A stretch of DNA of 62,959 bases, filler included, from Intoshia linei (GCA_001642005.1; 11 parts of 11 records of this genome joined end to end with filler, not necessarily neighbours in it); one strand, 5' to 3'; counted from the whole stretch's first letter, positions 40,001 through 53,430 are shown. Notes: generated by a model from the sequence alone, not told the origin. Numbers and translations are program-made.

Positions 40001-42436
40001 GATTAATTTAGTTGGTATAAATCAGCTTTAGATGATAAATATGTTGTGATGACTTGAAAATGTCTATGATACGAAAAAGGTTACAACCCTGATGTTTGAT
40101 GGAATAAATATTCGTTTTTTTGATAAAGATTGATATAAAAATTTTAGGATGAATTGGTAAAAAGATTAATTTTATATGCACATGTTTTTCATTATGAAAG
40201 AGAAAAATTACCTCGAAGAAAACCTTTAATCAACAAACCAATTTGGAAATTTAAAGCAGAGATTGGAATAACCCATGAAACCATTGTGTAATTCAAATTG
40301 TTTTTAATGGTTATTTAACTTTTTGTAGTATCCCAGTTCAAGTATGTAATGAAATGTTTGAATCGTTAATTAAGAGCAACATCATTACAATAAAATAATT
40401 AGATTGTATGTTAGTAATAATATTTGTATCATATACAAATGGTACATTATAATGTGGAATTAAATGTTTAATTTGACAAACGCAATTAACTATACAAATA
40501 TACAAACAATCCAACATCCTGATTGTCATTTAATATTTTCAAAAATCGATAATTTTTAGACTTCATTTCATACGCATTTTCAGAAAGTTTCACTTTTTAA
40601 TAATCAGCTCTTATATTATCTTTTTAACATGTAACTACTGGCGTCTTTGTAATTTTTTTAAATTTTAAAGCTATTTTTATTTTTTTCAAAAAGGGCAATC
40701 TGCGGTTTTGATCGTGAAAATTCACTTTTTCGAGGTTGTCATTTATTATAATGCTTATGATTTTAAAAACTATTCCAGAGTTTATGTTTTATAAAATTTT
40801 AGTACGTTTCATTTTTTAAACATAGAGTAATTTGTGGTTTTGACCATGAAGGTGTGTGTTTCAGAAGCTGAGATTTACGACAATGTTAATCATTTTAAAA
40901 CGCGTCCCAGGATGTATGTTTTATGAAATTTTTAGGCTGATTTTATTTTTAAACAAAAAGGCAAATTGGGTTTTTGACCTTGAAGGACTCAAATTCGGAA
41001 ACTGAAAAATAGATATAAACACGACCTGGGAAAAACTGTAATAGACTTTGGTTTTTTAAATTCTACGACTGTCCATTTTTTAAATAAACGCTATCACACA
41101 GACATTTAATTTTATATAAGTAACGGATTGAAATGTAGTCGGGAGACAAAAGTAGACTAACTAATTTTTTATGTCTTTAATTTTAATCATTTTTATTACC
41201 ACGAATAATCCCAGTTGTTACCAAACCCTGCAAGGGTAAATAAACATTTTCTTTGAAAAATTATAATTATTTTTGAATTTTTTAATAATTATAATTCAAA
41301 ATATAAAATAGTCAATCTCCATGGTGATGTTTCTGAGAATTAAGAAATAAGCATAAGGAGTATATTTTAAACGAATAATTTTGAAAAATTGTTATTAAAA
41401 TGTAATGCAACCCTTATACTATCAAAAATGTTAGGGCATTCCAAATGATAGTGAATAATATTAATTGTTAATACAAATTATTTTATTTTGTATAATAACC
41501 TTTTTTTTCAGTTTTTTTATTACATCTAACTTTGAAGTCTCATAAAATTATGATAAATTAATGATTTTTATGAATTATAAAATATTAATTATTTATTTTA
41601 GTTCAATAATGACTCGCGGTCTATTAAGATACATTTTAAGTTCTAAACCAACTTTGGACGTAGATATGGTTCAAAATATCGATACTCTGTCCCTTTACAA
41701 TTATATAAGTAACAACTTTTGCCGTATTATAGTGATTAAAATATTAATTTAGAAAATGTACCCATAATTTTAAAAAACAAATACACTTGCGGTTTATATA
41801 CAACTAAACTATTTGAACCGTTTCTGGAACATGACAAAGTAAAGAAATTATCCGAACTAAAAAGGATTCCTTCTCTTTTTCCATATTCTCACATATTGGA
41901 TTTAAAAAAAACACATATTTACGATAAACAAAATACATGTCAAAGAGGTATGAATTTATTATTATTTGATACTTAAATTGTAATTTAAAATATTAGGATG
42001 GAAAATTGCGAAATTAAATTATTTAAGTACATCCTTCATGTCCATACCCACGCACAGCAATTTGGATTATATAAAATCGATTTTACTTTACAGTGCTTAT
42101 AGTCAAGCTATTCAATTAAAAACATTAGTATTTTCCAAAGTAAATTTGAATGAATTTAATTTCTAGTACAGATCAAATAGTAAAAATGAAAGTGAATTAG
42201 AAAATCCAGCATGCATTAAAACAATTGCTACAGATGGAGAATTTTTTCACATTTGTCATTTTCAGTTAAATTCATTGAATTTTTCCGACAATTCTAAATT
42301 GAAAAATGTTGCCTGGTTTGATATGAATAATAGACTGTTTTTGAAAAAAGTTCCGCATTTATCTAGGCTAAGAAATACGACATACGAAAACTACGATTCC
42401 AAAGTTTTTAAAAAATTATTTAATCTTATTAATTAA
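34080..42436 (+). CDS. MRPL37: Mitochondrial ribosomal protein mL37; exons include 34080-34191, 34359-34526, 38135-38232, 40148-40287, 41602 onward
   Basis: Phase-consistent exon chain; C-terminus NPACIKTIATDGEFFHICHFQLNSL..LKNVAWFD..VFKKL matches mL37 (TDG..F.F..FQLNT..KNLAW.D). Confidence 0.85.
34817..36420 (+). mobile_element. hAT (Charlie/SPIN, GTF2IRD2-like) transposon remnant in MRPL37 intron 2, with nested MITEs
   Basis: TIR-like CAGGGAGGGGCAACATACGGCCCGCG; KVDSECRIFQ..KPVCII..HYESKH; later IAQRMNPVSDGEFIK and EEFFELIAMKGNCTGRDIF. Confidence 0.8.
35871..36142. mobile_element. hAT-type MITE inserted in the transposase ORF
   Basis: TIRs TAGGGTTGCCAAC / GTTGATAACCCTA; 8-bp TSD TTCATGAA / TTCACGAA. 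Confidence 0.8.
38612..39496 (+). CDS. CCDC174: CCDC174 (DUF4078) homologue, intronless, nested in MRPL37 intron 3
   Basis: KAKIYEKL..EMFLVDFHKK and YANVRFDEVREHGVGFYEFSKD..LNDLRQKT match the CCDC174 motifs. Confidence 0.85.
   Translation: MENEEKEQENQKYINIENNTLFQLESIVSETKNELKRKPFANTSTLKFNKTAKKKRIKLETDEEYSIRKQLELSAEKMQKKAKIYEKLKSTLPDDNVDEMFLVDFHKKHYEEHVIGKTGTFNEITTMPANNYNNISESITEKHPVRSVMSSRTNMFDELLKKCETRDERLDRKKDQWNQEYHEAKQQPNYDLDYANVRFDEVREHGVGFYEFSKDYDERKDEHAYLNDLRQKTKQSQEKTAANAITKNLAMEKRLKKIRDKRNLQVSDSKILEIIKKSDPKPVSHQANSLEREV
40665..41127 (-). mobile_element. Helitron 5' portion in MRPL37 intron 4
   Basis: A|TCCGTTACTTATATAAAA start on the minus strand; same family body. Confidence 0.6.
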
Positions 42437-42568
42437 ATATAAATAAATTTCTCATTTTGTCATTCTGAATTTTATGTTAATTGGATCAATTATTTTGGAA
42501 TGTGGGACATTCATTTACAATTTTCAGACTTGTAGAAAGTAAACTATGTAGTAAATAAAACATTGTGA

Positions 42569-45500
42569 ATGGATTTTTCTCAATTTAAGTTATGCCTATC
42601 CAGTAATTTTCCATAGTTCTATTAAACTGTTTTATCTTTTAGTTTTTAAAGCCAAAAATTTACCCATCAAAAAGAATGGTAATTTATTTTATGGTTTGGT
42701 AATTTCATAATTTTTGTATTTAGTTTCAGTGTATATAAGTGTCATTTCAACTAATACGTTAAAAACAAAAAAATGTAAAAATTTGATAGAGGCCAATTGG
42801 AATGAACAATTCATTTTAATTTTGAGAAAAAATCAAAAAGATGTTAAAATTTCTGTAATTTACGAAAGGACATATCTTCCTGATATATATGTAGGGCATG
42901 TCAAACTAAACAGTATCGACGTTAATATACGAGGCAAGAGGTAGATAATTAAATAGTTAATTGTATTGTGGTTAAAACATTTTTATAATGCATATCACCT
43001 TACTTTTAAAACGAAAATCGTTTTTTGAAATTAACAAGAAACTTTGAAGAAATTTTTTTTTGTCTAAAATTAATTGCAAATTTAAATAATTATAGATGGG
43101 TGCTTATCAAATCTAAAAATTCTCGCAAGGATTGTGGAGAGTTGTATATCGAAATAAACCACGAAAAAATAATTTTTGAGCGGACATCTTTTAAAATTGA
43201 TTTGGAAAAATCTCACCAGTATTTGTCCACGATATTTAATGTACATTTAAATTTAATTTTTTCAATGTAATTTAGCCCAGTAATTCACCCAATTTGTCTC
43301 GATCTAGAGAAGAAAGTGTTAATTATACTCCATTCGGTATGTAATCAATTAATTGAATTAAAATATTAAACATTTATTTTAATCGTTTAGAATCTCCATT
43401 AATGAATAAAATGAATTTTAGTAGAAGAATGAGCCGAAGCAATACTTATTTAGAAGGAATACGTAATATCTTTAATTTTAATCCAATACAATACTAGCCC
43501 ATTCTTGACTGTCATATTACCAACCAAGAAATTACAAAAATTTTACTACATTCACATTTTAAGTCAGATCATCGTCCTAAGGTCGATATGCAATTTTATC
43601 TTAAATTGGGCATGTTTTATCATTCATTATCTAGTTTTACTTGAAACATTTATTAGACGTTTTTTTGTGATTTTCTATATGATACATTGTACTGTTAGTT
43701 AACTTTCAGAAATAATGGACTCAACTTACATTTTTTGAAATATCCTCGACCATTCAGAAAATGGGCCAAAGTATTTTTATCGTAAATGTTTTCATCAAAT
43801 TTAATTTACTCTGTATTGCCCGTTTAAAATTTTTGTGAGAAGAATTTCAAAAGACTACATTCGTTAAAAATGTTGAATTGTTAAACCGATGGTTCCAAAT
43901 AACCAGCATTTGAGAACCTGGGATGTGCGAAATTCATACAAAAAGCTTATACGTTTCTCTTTTATAAAACAACCTGATTCCATTGCAGTAATTTTCGCTT
44001 CAAATGTTTCTTATCATTGATATTAAGTTACATATAAAGAGTTCTTACCCGATAAGGCTTATGAATAATCTGGGCATATTCAAATACATTATATTAGATT
44101 TATTGGTTATTTTGCTAATGTTTAATAATTAAATTTAGAATATTTAAAAGATATGGAAAAAATAGAATCACCACAAGTAAGAAGAAACAGTTTAAAAATA
44201 TCAAAAAGAATCAGTACAAGTGTAGCAAATTTTCAAACATTAGGTTATTGCTTTTACTCCATAAATAATAAATAGTGTTGGGCCATGAATCATGGGCTAC
44301 CACCGACATTCTCTACTATGTTCAGATTGTGGACCCTTCAATTTTTGTATTTATCATGAATTATTCGACATTAAAATGGCACAATTAAATGAACACAATG
44401 ATTCGGAATGTAAACAGACATATAATAAATTAATAATTAAAAGTCCATTGAGCAAAAACGATAAATATTAAAATTTGCGTAAAACCTTGATAGCAAAAAA
44501 CAATGCAATTTATCAGGTAATTGATGGTGTATCTAGATTGATAGTACCTAGTTCTATGATAAATACCATAATTGAATACTATCATAATTCTAAACTATAT
44601 TGCCATCCCGGTCTTTCTAAATTATCTCAAATGATAAAAAAACAGTATAACTGGCCTTATATGAGTAGAGATTTACGAGAATATTTAAACGGATGCGATA
44701 GGTGTAACAAATCAAAACACCGAGATCATATGCACGTAAAACCATTGAAACCTGTTATTTCATCAAAATTTAATGACTTGTGGCAAATAGATATTATGGG
44801 ACCACTACCCATTTCAAAAAATGGAAATAAATATGATAGATCATTATTCCAGAATGCTAGAAAGTGTAGCCGTCGATAATATCTCAGCCGAAACCGTATC
44901 TAAAGCCATATATAAATCTATAATATTAAACTATTGACCCCCTGTTCAAATACAAACGGATTTAGGGAAGCAATTCGAGTCGTCCATTATTAAAGAATTA
45001 TGTTACACACTTGGTATTATTAAATCGAATTCTTCGCCTTACAGGCACAATGAAAACGGGAAGGTAGAACGAATTAATCGTACTATAATGGAAAAATTTA
45101 GAATTTTGTGCAGTATAGAATTTGATGACTGGCATGAGAGACTGGACGAAATTACTTATTTATTCAGAATATTACCATCATCCCGTACCGGAATCTCTCC
45201 CATAGAACTCGTATTCGGTAAACAAGATAAAAATTTCCTTATTAAAGTAAACGAATATATAAAAAAATACACCAAATCCATAAAGCGTAATTTTGATAAA
45301 AAAGTCACGACTTGTATAGAGAAAGGCCAAAGCATAAAATTAATTTACCTAAGCGCTGTCTATTATAATACATCAATAAATATCAAGAGCAATACTGATA
45401 CAGATACCTTGTCTCGTAGAACTTTACACATTTAAGAACGTATTTATCCCACACAATTACAGATGATTATATCTCAGGCCGACACAATGTTCGGAGAAAA

Positions 45501-45938
45501 TTTTGTTTTGAAAAATATTTCTGATATCATTAACGCAAATGCACAAGTTTACTATTCTCCAAATTTCTCTTAGGGGGAAAGTGTAGTATCTTTATGGATA
45601 CTATGAAAAGAACCTGATTTATTATACATTCATTATCAACTTGTCAAAAACTTATAAAAATATTTAAAAGCGTTAATAATACATCTATATCTTACTAAAT
45701 AGACTTAATTCATTACACCAACCATTAAGTTAGATGAAAGAGTACCGTCACCTATTTATTCGTATACATACATTTTTTGTATAATTTTTCGAATTTACCA
45801 GATTAAAAATTGAATTTCCGTTTTAACGTTAACATAACTTTTAATATTGTAATTTAAAATTTAGCCGAATGTACAATGTCAACAATCGAAAGCACCACGG
45901 AAGAATGTAGCATAAACAGTTTAAGAAGCGATTACGAT
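42569..45938 (+). CDS. N-terminal C2-domain protein, Rab11-FIP class I-like; 3' part lost in gap
   Basis: MDFSQFKLCLSIFKAKNLPIKK..VYISV..KTKK..ANWNEQF..DIYVGHV..RWVLIKSKNSRKDCGELYIEI followed by Ser-rich exons; no FIP-RBD seen before the gap. Confidence 0.6.
44340..45717 (+). mobile_element. Ty3/Gypsy 3' remnant (integrase, PPT, 136-bp LTR at 45582-45717) inside the C2 gene
   Basis: HHCC (YHN..CHPG..CDRC), WQIDIMGPLP, IQTDLG, NGKVERINR; PPT AGGGGGAAAG then TGTAGT...ATTACA. Confidence 0.88.
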
Positions 45939-46038
45939 NNNNNNNNNNNNNNNNNNNNNNNNNNNNNNNNNNNNNNNNNNNNTTAATTAATTAANNNNNN
46001 NNNNNNNNNNNNNNNNNNNNNNNNNNNNNNNNNNNNNN

Positions 46039-46280
46039 GAGGTCAAAATTGGATGTGAAAAACCGAGGAATAATGCGATTAAGATTGAATAACCTAATAG
46101 AAATTGATTACGATTCATGGTGCCACCAATGCCGAGGCAGTGACTAACTGGTATAAATTTAAATAAATAAAGCATTTTACTGTAAATAAAAGTAGATATT
46201 TTAAGGTTTTTTAAGGTGGGCCATGGAATTTTAGGCAAAACTTTTTTAGGTCATGGCCTGAAAAAGGTTGAGAACCGCTG
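46039..46280 (+). mobile_element. 3' end of a hAT/Charlie-like element
   Basis: Ends AGGTTGAGAACCGCTG (reverse complement CAGCGGTTCTCAACCT, a Charlie-type TIR). Confidence 0.5.
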
Positions 46281-46499
46281 CTTTAAAGGAGTGATTCCTA
46301 AACTTGAATTTCACATTGCTTTTTAATTTAAAATGAATTATCCCCACTTAATTGTATTTGGTTAGCATTTTTGTAAAGAAATTTAATAACAATTTTGTGA
46401 TCCCATGTATTTATTTTATTAGATTATTTTCAATCATTATTAATTGATTCAATGATAATCTATCAGTACACGTGTTTTCATACATATCATATCCCAATA

Positions 46500-47400
46500 C
46501 AATGGTTACTGGTGAAATTCCGGTTTTATTAGATAAACTAGAACGAATACTCATCAAGACATGTGGTAACAATTTATCCCAATTTTTTTTGCTTTCATTA
46601 CTCTGAATTTAGTTCGTATATCCCTAATTTTCCGTTCTACAACACCGTTTTGCCAATGTTTATATGGTTCCAAGTGAGATTTTTTTGTTATAGGTTTCAC
46701 ATAATTTTTTATAATTTCTCTTTCGAATTGATAAACACAATCAAAATGCATTTCTGCCAGTGGTCTGTAACGACTGATATTATTTTTTAAAATGGAATCA
46801 TACAAATTAATGGCTGTTATATCATGTAAAGGCTCTGCTTCACACCAACCTGTAAAATGATCACACATCACTAACAGATATTTATTTAACTTTATTTTAT
46901 TTTAATAACCGTGTCATGGGTTCACTAATTTCCGTAAACTTATCAATGAAACGACGATAGAAGGTGCACATTCCTAAAAATGAACGTAATTTCTTCATAG
47001 TAGTTGGTTTTGTTATCATATCTATGGAATCACATTTTTTTGAGTCAATCTTTACACCTTCTGCATTAATGATGTGCATAAGTATTGTTACTTCTTCCTT
47101 TCCAATAGTGCATTTAGATGGCTTTACCGTTAATCCGGCCTTTCTAAGAGCTAATAAAACATTTATTAGATCTTTTTTGTTCCACAATATTTTCCGACGC
47201 AATTAATATATCATCGAAATAAACAATAACGTTTTTAACTTCTTTAAAAACATTTTGCATGTTTCTCTTTTAAATTAATTCCTATTGGGAATGGTTTCAT
47301 TTCCTTAAATGTATGATCAGGTTTTAAGGTAATACAATGTTGGAATTTTTTCGATCTACCCATTTTATAAGTAAGTAATATCAGTAAATTTATTCAAAAT
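46500..47400 (-). mobile_element. Internally deleted Ty3/Gypsy remnant (RT and integrase pieces)
   Basis: VYFDDI, LTVKPSKC, LRSFLGMCTFYRRFI; DHFTGW, QNGVVER. Confidence 0.85.
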
Positions 47401-47889
47401 ATCAACTCAGTTTAATAACTAATAACTAATGTTTAAAACACAATTTCAAAAATTTAATATAAATGATGTGTAACTGTTATTATAATAATACTAATGTAGT
47501 AATAATTTGAATTTTGGATATTTGGATTTTTGGTTAGTTAAATTATAAATGTATCTTTATTATTAAAGTATTAAGTATTAATTTAAATATGGATGAAATT
47601 GTATTGTTCCATTTAATTTATACTAAAAATTAAAAAATACAAATTGCAATCTCATTTGAAAATTTGATTCAACTTTTTGTTTAGTTTGTTAGTAAAATGA
47701 AAAAATGTGACATTTTGTGCATAAGGTGTAAACTATATACCTGAAACCGTCCATCTTCGTTGGAGCTAGCTACTTTTTGTACAATTCACATACGTATGGT
47801 AACATGATAGACAAGCTAGTATTACAAGTATTATTCATGCCTTTTTTTAACGTTTAATACATCTTAATTTATAACTTAAGTTTATTAAA

Positions 47890-48659
47890 ACAAAAAATGT
47901 GAAATAATTAACGATCCGAAAATTAAAAAAAAGAGATTATTCTGATAGAGCTTATTCCAGTTAATATAAATACAAAATTTCAACCCCAGAAATCAACCAT
48001 TCATGGTCACAAATAATTTTTAATATATTATCAACCAATATTTTTCAATTATTTCGATTAAAATCAATTGAACATGTAAATCTAATTGTAAATCACATGT
48101 AAATTGATCCTACAATTTCAAAAAAAATATGCATTGTACGTCTACACATTTCCAATAAAGACATATGGGAGAAAATTTATATTATTCATTCCTTCGGAAT
48201 TTTTTTCATTGCTACGCAATTTTTAATTTTCACAACATTTTTATTAAATCATTCAAATTTAAATAAGAAACTAAACAACGAAACTAAAATACAATCTTTT
48301 GCAATAATGGTAAAATTCGACTGAAATGTTTATAAAGTGAAGATTCAGTTAATTATTGATATACAATTGACATTTTTAAGTATTTATTAAATTGGTACTG
48401 AATATAATGTCATTAGTGATAACAATTGTTTTTAAAATTCTTTACGCAAATGTTAACAAACAAAAAATTAAGATGAAAATAATTCACTTTAAAATAAAAA
48501 AGTAATGTGATATGACGGTTTCACCTGAACAAAATTTGAACCACTTCTTTGAAAAGATTGATAATAGTGAATAGTAGGATTTATTTTTTTAGTATAATAA
48601 AAATCTGCCCTCGACAGAGCTAGGTGCTGTTTGTACATAGTACATACCAGTCAAGCTAG
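47890..48659 (+). mobile_element. Helitron 3' portion
   Basis: CTCGACAGAGCTAGG, hairpin, AGCTAG|T. Confidence 0.75.
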
Positions 48660-48706
48660 TAATAATATATTGTAGTAATATTATTATACAGTATATTATT
48701 TATTAG

Positions 48707-50314
48707 AGAGAATCAATGACAGACCAGATAGGATATAATACAATAATACTTTCAATTTCTCCACTATTAGAAATTTATCGTCCAACAAATAAATGGTGTA
48801 GATTTTTTACTAAAGTAATTAATTAATAGTCCTTAATCAACATTTCAGTGTTTCATAAGGGACAAACCTACGAACCGAGTGTATACCATATTGAAACTAT
48901 CTATTTATCAAATATTAAAATTGAATACGGTAAGGGTGTAAATAACTAAAACCCAATATGTATAGGACTTTGGTTTAAATAACGACATGAGAGTATTTCT
49001 TCATACCTACTTGATGTCTCTAAAGTACCATACGGTTTACATTCACAAGGAAATGGAATATTTCATAAAAAAGTATTTGATAAATATTTTAAATTAACCA
49101 ATTTTAGCCTCCACGGTATCAATGCAGAGTGTCCACATCCTCGAATTTTTAATAATCTAATGACCAAGTGTTTATCCGCCATAGAAATATTATACGAAGA
49201 ACGAAAAAAGTAAACTTGATGTTATTTAATGTACATTTTTTAAAGTTGCATCATGCTCAAAATCGACGATAATAACTCAAACAAAATAATCGAACCTGAA
49301 AATGAAAATAAACTTTTGATATATATGACCATAATTAATAATCTGTATTTTTTTATTATATATTTTTAAATGTGTATATGGATATTTACAACTATATATT
49401 TCAGTGTTGAATACGACGATTGGAAGCTACAACTCTCTGCAGTGTTACAACCAATACCGTTCCCAATAGTGTAATTATTTCTGAAACTTAAATTATAAAA
49501 TTATACAATTATTTAGGGCTTGTACACATTGTCTATTTCTAAGGTATACTTTCGATACCAAATCAACATTTACACTTTTAAATTAGAAAATTGAGTCCAA
49601 TAGTTATAGAAATTGCCAGTGATGTACATTGTTCTATCCATCAAACAATCTTGCCAATTAGAAAAAATAAGAAATGCTTATTGGATCTGTACGAAAAATA
49701 TGAAGAAATGGATAAAGATAGATTTGAAAATACAGAAATATTTATACATTTAGTTTTTATTAGCCATTTTTTAATTTTATAATATAATTAGATTGGTAAA
49801 TTATTAACTTGTTGCTACCATCGAAAAATCCCTTTTAGGTCTTTGTTGTGTTACAAAGACACGTGTATATACAGGGCTAAAATGGGATGCAAAATAGCTA
49901 TTGACGTAACAATTAGATTAAACAATATAATGTTGTAGTATATAGGGTTACTCTTAAAACACAATATGGTCGATGCACACAATAGATTGTTGCTAATTAA
50001 CGTCCTTAAGACATCTCCTAATGGAAAAAAACTACATTCTAAAATTTGTAGTCAACAAATGTTCATATGTAGAATGGTTTCCATTTTTATTTTGTACAAA
50101 GTACATTTTACATGTTTAGCAAAGCCTTGATACTCCAAAATATATCACGTTTTCCCCTAATTCGAGCAATGAAGATTTGATTAATTTTGTGAATACAGGA
50201 AGATACGCTAATGTGGAAGTATTGTCATTAGCATTTACTAATATTACGAGTGAAGCCGCATATTATATTACCAAATTCAAAAAACTTAAAGTTTTGGATT
50301 TGTGGTCTACAAAG
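48707..50314 (+). CDS. CMIP: c-Maf-inducing protein homologue, internal exons
   Basis: IILSISPLLE, DFG..MRVF, LHG..ECPHPRIFNNL, EYDDWK..LSAVLQPIPFP, NVEVLSLAFTNITSEAA..LDLWSTK, collinear with CMIP. PH-domain exons and final LRR exons not seen. Confidence 0.9.
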
Positions 50315-50570
50315 GTAATATTTATTCAATTATCTTTAAAAAATGATTCAGAAATTGTTCCATAGCCAAGGGGCTTACTAAATATCATTAAATGTAACTT
50401 GATTTGCGTCAGCAGGCATAGTCAGGACTGAACCTACCAATCTCTAGACTATCTCTGTAAACCAAAAATATGCCCCTAAAATTTTTTTTGCAAAAGTGGA
50501 GTAGTTGTCTTCACTTAACATTTTAAATATAATACACAATATAGTAATGATATTCAAGAATATAAGTTTA

Positions 50571-50875
50571 CTAGGTTGGCTGTTATGTACTACGTACAAA
50601 CAGCACCTAGCTCTTCCGAGAGAACATTTTTATTATAAAAAAAAATGAATTCACATTGAAAATCTAACTTAAAAGTCCTACTATTCACTATTATCAATTC
50701 TTTAAAGGAGTGGTTCCCAAACTTGTTTTAGGTGGAACCATCATATCACATTACCTTTTACTTATACGTGAATTATTTTATTTTAATTTTTTTGTTAACA
50801 TTTGCGTAAAGAATTTTAAAAACAATTCTGAAACAATTGTTTCAATTGTCAGTAAAAATTAAAAACAGTCCAATC
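50571..50875 (-). mobile_element. Helitron 3' portion
   Basis: Reverse-strand hairpin and CTAG terminus at 50571. Confidence 0.75.
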
Positions 50876-50923
50876 CTAAAAAAGTCTGAACTTGACAGTT
50901 TTGATATTGAAAAATGTATATAA

Positions 50924-51417
50924 TCCTAACTTATACAAAATATGTATATATGTATAAAAGGCTACGCGATTTTTGTTTGTGTGTGTGTGTTCCACTTTAT
51001 TGAAATAACTACCCGTCTTAGAAAATTATAAAGTCCACACTTCAATTACAATTTTTTTTGGAACGTATAATAACATAAATTTCAACCTCCCAATTTCACA
51101 TCTTAAGGGTCAAAAACCCCTGTTGTCCCTCTTTTTGAAAATTAAACGAATTGAAAAATTTAAAAAAATATATACGCTGATGCGGATTTTAAAATCATAA
51201 ATATAAACCATGTCTACAAGGGGGGACTCTTATAGTAGATTTTAATTTAAATTTAAAGATTTTAATATAAACATTATCATAAATTTAAATTTAAAAAAAT
51301 TATGCCTTCATGGCCAAAACCCCAAATTCCCTTGCTTTTTTTTGTAAACAGCCCTAGAATTTTAAAAAATTTACAGGTGGTAGAGTTGTATCATGTTAAC
51401 ACACATAAAAAATTTTA
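50924..51417 (+). mobile_element. Helitron 5' portion (runs into gap)
   Basis: A|TCCTAACTTATA start, (GT)n tract, family body. Confidence 0.75.
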
Positions 51418-51517
51418 NNNNNNNNNNNNNNNNNNNNNNNNNNNNNNNNNNNNNNNNNNNNTTAATTAATTAANNNNNNNNNNNNNNNNNNNNNNNNNNN
51501 NNNNNNNNNNNNNNNNN

Positions 51518-51760
51518 GATTTAGCACAATAAATTATGTGAGACATCCATCTGGCCTTTGACAATGCTCCAGGTTTTTTTAGGGATATTTCACCACCAAT
51601 AATTATTGCTAATATTAATTTACAACATTCTTTGTAATCATCTCTCAAATTTTTTTTTTTATTTATTACATCCTTAACATAGTCTATGTTTAATCCATAT
51701 GTCTGAATCGGATTTAATTTACGTACTTTTTTGAATAAAATTTTGTCTTCCATGTATAAT
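51518..51760 (-). pseudogene. hATm-like transposase fragment
   Basis: RDDYKECCKL..KPGALSKARWMSHIIY motif. Confidence 0.65.
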
Positions 51761-51899
51761 TTTGAAAAGAGTAGAACATTTTGATATATACCATGTACCC
51801 CAAAATGTGTACCTTATACTGTATTAGGAATAAAAATATGTTAGATCTAAAAAATATATAAAGCGTTAAAAATAAGTACATTTATATTTAAAAAATTTA

Positions 51900-52712
51900 T
51901 TTATGACAATTTGGTGTTTTCTGTTTACCACACATAATCTTTAATCATTGATATCATATTTTTTTCGGGCGAATCTTTCTTCAAACTTTTATAAAAGTTT
52001 GATGGAAACGTTCCCCATGTTCATCAGAATGAAGATGTGTATTTGATAATTTGTTGAAATTTCATTGTAAGAAATAGACTTTGAAGCTCATAAGGCATCC
52101 TATTTTATGGTATTGTAACAATAGATTTTATATTATGTTATACGATGCATTGAATTTATCTTTTCCTTGATATAAGATTAAAATTAGTTAAAATGATTTT
52201 AAATATTTTAAAGATTAGTTCATTGAAGTCATTCTTATCTGGCTTTTTTTCAAAGAAACTAGGATCCTTTGTTTAATCCATAGAATTTGTCGTATCAATA
52301 CCAGATGTTGACGTGTTGAGGTTGATATTTGCCGTAGATAATTTAATTTTTGGGTAAATTGATAATGTCAAATTTAGGTATATTTGCCAATCGTTCAAAT
52401 TATTATTTTCTTTAACATAGCAGAAATAACAACCATCACTGAATTTAGGTGGAGACCAAATCTTGGGTGAATCGAAAAATTTATTGTTATTCATCACATG
52501 CCTGTAGCAAAATGGACAACATTTGTTTGGAGTCCAGGTTCTTGTTGGATTTCTTCATAAAAGGATGTACATTTGTAACCTACTTTAGTCCCAATTAAAT
52601 TTTAGCTCCGTTTGGTTTTGAATAAATATACACCACAAATAAAACAAAAATCATTAAAACATGAAAACTGACAAACACGAAAAACTTATATTTATCTACA
52701 GAGTTTGTCATG
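51900..52712 (-). mobile_element. Internally deleted Chapaev3-like transposase remnant
   Basis: FCFICG..PKIWSPP..GCYFC at the N-terminus; GCLMSFKV..SDEHGERFHQ..EERF at the C-terminus; multiple stops. Confidence 0.7.
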
Positions 52713-52947
52713 AATATAAATTTTAATGAAAATATTAATATTTTTTAATTAATTGAGAAATGGTTGATATCGAAATGTTGGTATCAATTTCACANNNNNN
52801 NNNNNNNNNNNNNNNNNNNNNNNNNNNNNNNNNNNNNNTTAATTAATTAANNNNNNNNNNNNNNNNNNNNNNNNNNNNNNNNNNNNNNNNNNNNTTTAGT
52901 GCTAGAAATTTTTTAGTGCCATAAAAAATTGCATTTGTCGACTCTAA

Positions 52948-53430
52948 TCATTACTTATAATATTCTACGCATTATTTGTTTGTGTATTTGTCTCTGTGTG
53001 TGTGGGTGTGTGTTACCGTTCATTTCAATAACTACCGGTCTTATAATTTTATAAAGTCCACATTTCAATTACAGTTTCTTCCAGGGGTGTTAAAAAAATA
53101 AATTTCAACCTCCCAAACTCACATCTTACGGGTCAAAAACCCCAATTGTCCTTTTTTTAAAATCAAATCAGTATAAAAATTTGAAATAATATATATCATA
53201 AATTTCATATATTTAAAATGATAAATATTATCATAAATTTAAAAAAATATATCTTCAGGGCCAAAATTACCCTTTTTTTTAATGAAAACAGCCCTAAACT
53301 TTAAAAAAAATTACAGGTGGTACAATGGTATCCTGTTAACACACACAAAAAATTTCAATCTGAATAAGTAACGCCTTCATGGTTAAAAAAGCATTTTTAC
53401 TTTATTTTTAATATTATACACAGTGTGTAT
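52948..53430 (+). mobile_element. Helitron 5' portion
   Basis: A|TCATTACTTATAATATTCTACGC start, near-identical to 61364. Confidence 0.75.

Noticed and set aside
50400-50460. B-box-like GGTTCAGTCC on the minus strand (tRNA/SINE?)
   Set aside because: No cloverleaf or A-box could be built; insufficient support.
51518-52712. Apparent Chapaev-hATm chimeric transposase on the minus strand
   Set aside because: The Chapaev3 piece has its own C-terminal GERFHQ motif before the hATm fragment; they are two adjacent remnants.
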